Source of the DNA: Candidatus Onthovivens sp. | Lineage (GTDB): Bacteria > Bacillota_I > Bacilli_A > RFN20 > CAG-826 | Length of the DNA: 60,893 nt | Direction of reading: 5' to 3' | Assembly (NCBI GenBank): GCA_036746835.1 | Contig: DAIODM010000004.1 | Location: 1 to 60,893 of the forward strand | Shown: positions 58,654 to 60,893 of the stretch, in pieces | How positions within the stretch are numbered: the first letter of the stretch is position 1 | How the letters are laid out: every line of letters begins with the position of its first letter | Notes under the pieces: model-generated | Told to the model about the DNA's origin: nothing | The model's database searches: none | The model's input: only the letters and a program-made list of their open reading frames with translations | Translations under genes and position numbers: made by a program

Positions 58654-60570
58654 ATGGCAGAAGAAAAAATGAATAAAAAGATTGATCGTGGTGCTTTATC
58701 CCGTTTAATCAAATATATATTTAAAAAACACAAAGTATCGGTAATTATAATTATTGTTTGTGTTTTGCTTTCAAGTGTTTTAAATATGTCTAGCTCAATT
58801 TTCCTTGAGCAAATCGTTGATCAAATTATTATGCCTTGTATTAAACAAGGACTTAAATTTGAAGATTTTAGAAGTCAATTAATGGTAATTTTGTTCACGA
58901 TGATTGGAATGTATAGTGCAGGAATTATCACCACAATTATTTATGGTCAAATTATGGCAAGCTTAAGTGAAACCATTAATAACGAGCTACGTAAAGAGAT
59001 GTTTGATAGTATGGAAGTTCTTCCAATTAAGTTCTTCGATACCCATGCATATGGTGATGTGATGTCTCTTTATACTAATGATATTGATACCTTATCGCAA
59101 TTTATTAGTAATTCACTTATTCAAATAGTTTCTACAGTTTTCACTCTTACTTATGTTGTTTGTATTATGCTTTATTACTCAATTTGGATGCTTCTTGTTG
59201 TTTTGCTTGGCGCAGCTTTAATGCTTGGCGCTAGTAAAACATTTGCTGGAAAAAGTATTCATTATTTTAGAGCCCAACAAAAAGAAACCGGATCAACTGA
59301 AGGTTATATTGAAGAGATTATGAATGGTGAAAAAGTTGTTAAAGTTTTCACCCATGAAGATGAAGTAAAAGAAGAATTTAATAAGCATAATGAAGACTTA
59401 TTTAAAGTTTCAGAAAATGCAACTTTCTATAGTAACGTTTTAGGACCTGTTTTGATGAATATATCTAACTTTGTCTATGTTATTGTTGCTATTGCGGGTA
59501 GTATTTTAATTTTCACAGGTTGTTTCAATATTAGTTTAAGAGGTTATGAAGCTAGTCTTTCAGTAGGTATTGTTATTAGTTTCTTAACTTTAACTCGTCA
59601 ATTTGCTCAATCTATAAACAATATTTCTCAACAGATTGGTATTATTGCTCAAGCAAGTGCAGGAGCTTCTCGTGTCTTCAATATGATTGATCAAAAACCA
59701 GAAGAAGATGATGGGTATGTTACTCTTGTAAATGTAAAAATTGGTCAAAATAACGAACTTATTGAGACAAAAGAAAGAACAAATATTTGGGCTTGGAAGC
59801 ATCCTCATCATGAAGGCGGAATTACTTATACTTTACTTAAAGGTGAGATTGTTTTAAATCATGTAGACTTTGGTTACGTTCCAGAAAAGATTGTTCTTCA
59901 TGACGTTACAATTGATGCAAAAGCTGGAGAAAGAATTGCTTTTGTTGGAGCAACTGGAGCTGGAAAAACTACTATTACGAATTTAATTAATAGGTTCTAT
60001 GATATTCAAGATGGCAAGATTCGTTATGATGGAATAAATATTAATAAGATTAAGAAGAGTGATTTAAGAAAATCACTTGGTGTTGTTCTTCAAGATACAA
60101 GTTTATTTACAGGAACCGTTCTTGAAAATATAAGATATGGTAGGCTTGATGCAACGGATGAAGAAGTTTATGAAGCGGCAAAGATTGCTAATGCTTATGA
60201 CTTTATTACTCGTCTACCTCAAGGATTTAATACAATGCTTACTAGTGATGGAGCGAACTTATCGCAAGGTCAACGTCAATTATTATCAATTGCTCGTTGT
60301 GCAGTCGCAAATACTCCAGCAATGATTCTTGATGAAGCTACTTCCTCAATTGATACTCGTACCGAACAACTTGTTCAAGAAGGTACTAATAAACTTATGG
60401 CTGGTCGTACTGTTTTTGTTATAGCTCACCGTCTTTCAACTGTTCAAAATAGTAATAACATTATTGTTTTGGATCATGGACGAATTATCGAAGAAGGAAC
60501 CCATGATGATTTAATTAAGAAGAAGGGTGTTTACTATCAACTTTATACTGGTGCTTTTGAACTCGAATAA
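58654..60570 (+). CDS. Heterodimeric ABC exporter subunit, consensus-site type (TM288-like)
   Basis: GATGAGKTT, LSQGQRQ, ILDEATSSID, AHRLST. Confidence 0.92.
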   Translation: MAEEKMNKKIDRGALSRLIKYIFKKHKVSVIIIIVCVLLSSVLNMSSSIFLEQIVDQIIMPCIKQGLKFEDFRSQLMVILFTMIGMYSAGIITTIIYGQIMASLSETINNELRKEMFDSMEVLPIKFFDTHAYGDVMSLYTNDIDTLSQFISNSLIQIVSTVFTLTYVVCIMLYYSIWMLLVVLLGAALMLGASKTFAGKSIHYFRAQQKETGSTEGYIEEIMNGEKVVKVFTHEDEVKEEFNKHNEDLFKVSENATFYSNVLGPVLMNISNFVYVIVAIAGSILIFTGCFNISLRGYEASLSVGIVISFLTLTRQFAQSINNISQQIGIIAQASAGASRVFNMIDQKPEEDDGYVTLVNVKIGQNNELIETKERTNIWAWKHPHHEGGITYTLLKGEIVLNHVDFGYVPEKIVLHDVTIDAKAGERIAFVGATGAGKTTITNLINRFYDIQDGKIRYDGININKIKKSDLRKSLGVVLQDTSLFTGTVLENIRYGRLDATDEEVYEAAKIANAYDFITRLPQGFNTMLTSDGANLSQGQRQLLSIARCAVANTPAMILDEATSSIDTRTEQLVQEGTNKLMAGRTVFVIAHRLSTVQNSNNIIVLDHGRIIEEGTHDDLIKKKGVYYQLYTGAFELE

Positions 60571-60572
60571 TT

Positions 60573-60607
60573 AAAAAAGAAAACTACAAATTGTAGTTTT
60601 CTTTTAT
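60573..60607. terminator. Bidirectional intrinsic terminator
   Basis: AAAAGAAAACTACA-AAT-TGTAGTTTTCTTTT between convergent genes. Confidence 0.8.
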
Positions 60608-60635
60608 TATAAGGAGGTCATTCCATTATAATTAA

Positions 60636-60893
60636 TTAAATGAGGTAGTTTTTAGTTGCCTCTACTGCTTTAGACATATATTCTTCTTTATAACTAAATG
60701 ATTCATTATAAAAACAATGGTTAGCATCATCAACCTTTATAAGTTCTGCATTTTTATAACAGGTTAGTGCTTTTTCGCTTACGCTAAGAGGAACGACAAC
60801 ATCTTTTGTTCCATGAATTAAAAGAATTTTATAGTTAATATTTTGCATATCTTTATAAGGATCGTAATTATAAATATCAGCGTAATAACATTT
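60636..60893 (-). CDS. C-terminal part of an alpha/beta hydrolase (cinnamoyl/feruloyl esterase-like), truncated by the window edge
   Basis: The frame stays open to 60893: KCYYADIYNYDPYKDMQNINYKILLIHGTKDVVVP...DDANHCF (catalytic Asp and His). Confidence 0.75.
   Translation of the reverse strand, partial: KCYYADIYNYDPYKDMQNINYKILLIHGTKDVVVPLSVSEKALTCYKNAELIKVDDANHCFYNESFSYKEEYMSKAVEATKNYLI

Noticed and set aside
1158-60325. Numerous 60-130 aa ORFs antisense to or out of frame within long genes (e.g. 1158-1379, 17623-17874, 31114-31500, 47744-48058, 57765-58112)
   Set aside because: Shadow ORFs of well-supported genes, with no motifs or SDs.
1-60893. CRISPR arrays, tRNA or rRNA genes, IS elements, integrases and prophage genes
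   Set aside because: No regularly spaced repeats, cloverleaf or rRNA signatures, or transposase/integrase motifs were seen in any intergenic region or ORF.

Overview
AT-rich (roughly 30% GC by eye) chromosomal window containing the replication origin of a low-GC, apparently genome-reduced member of Bacillota. An Erysipelotrichales/RFN20/RF39-like lineage is an inference only. Genetic code 11 applies: TGA acts as stop at yaaA and the AraC gene, and Trp is TGG. The centre is the conserved block serS-(GT)-gyrA-gyrB-recF-yaaA-dnaN-dnaA | rpmH-rnpA-yidC-jag-mnmE-tatD-rnmV-rsmA-ispE. It carries a bipartite oriC (DnaA-box cluster plus a box/GC/DnaA-trio unwinding element), and the ORF track misses both rpmH and a small SRP RNA. 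The left arm holds a decayed DUF4143 ATPase, rlmD, a c-di-GMP phosphodiesterase/cyclase pair, metG, a candidate structured ncRNA, rpmE, tldD/tldE, degV, an enlarged mscL, cysK/cysE, and an ABC transporter/atypical P-type ATPase/TetR operon. The right arm (41.8-60.9 kb) is an accessory glycoside-utilisation locus and the best candidate for an undescribed system. It comprises an AraC-GH39 fusion regulator, a cre-like site, a sugar ABC importer whose binding-protein gene has one in-frame TAA, a GH3 with the glycoside-phosphorylase-type KHFPGDGxxxxDQH loop directly followed by beta-phosphoglucomutase, a second GH3, three esterases and a heterodimeric ABC exporter. No CRISPR array, tRNA, rRNA or IS element was seen. 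All family calls come from motif recognition; no database searches were run.
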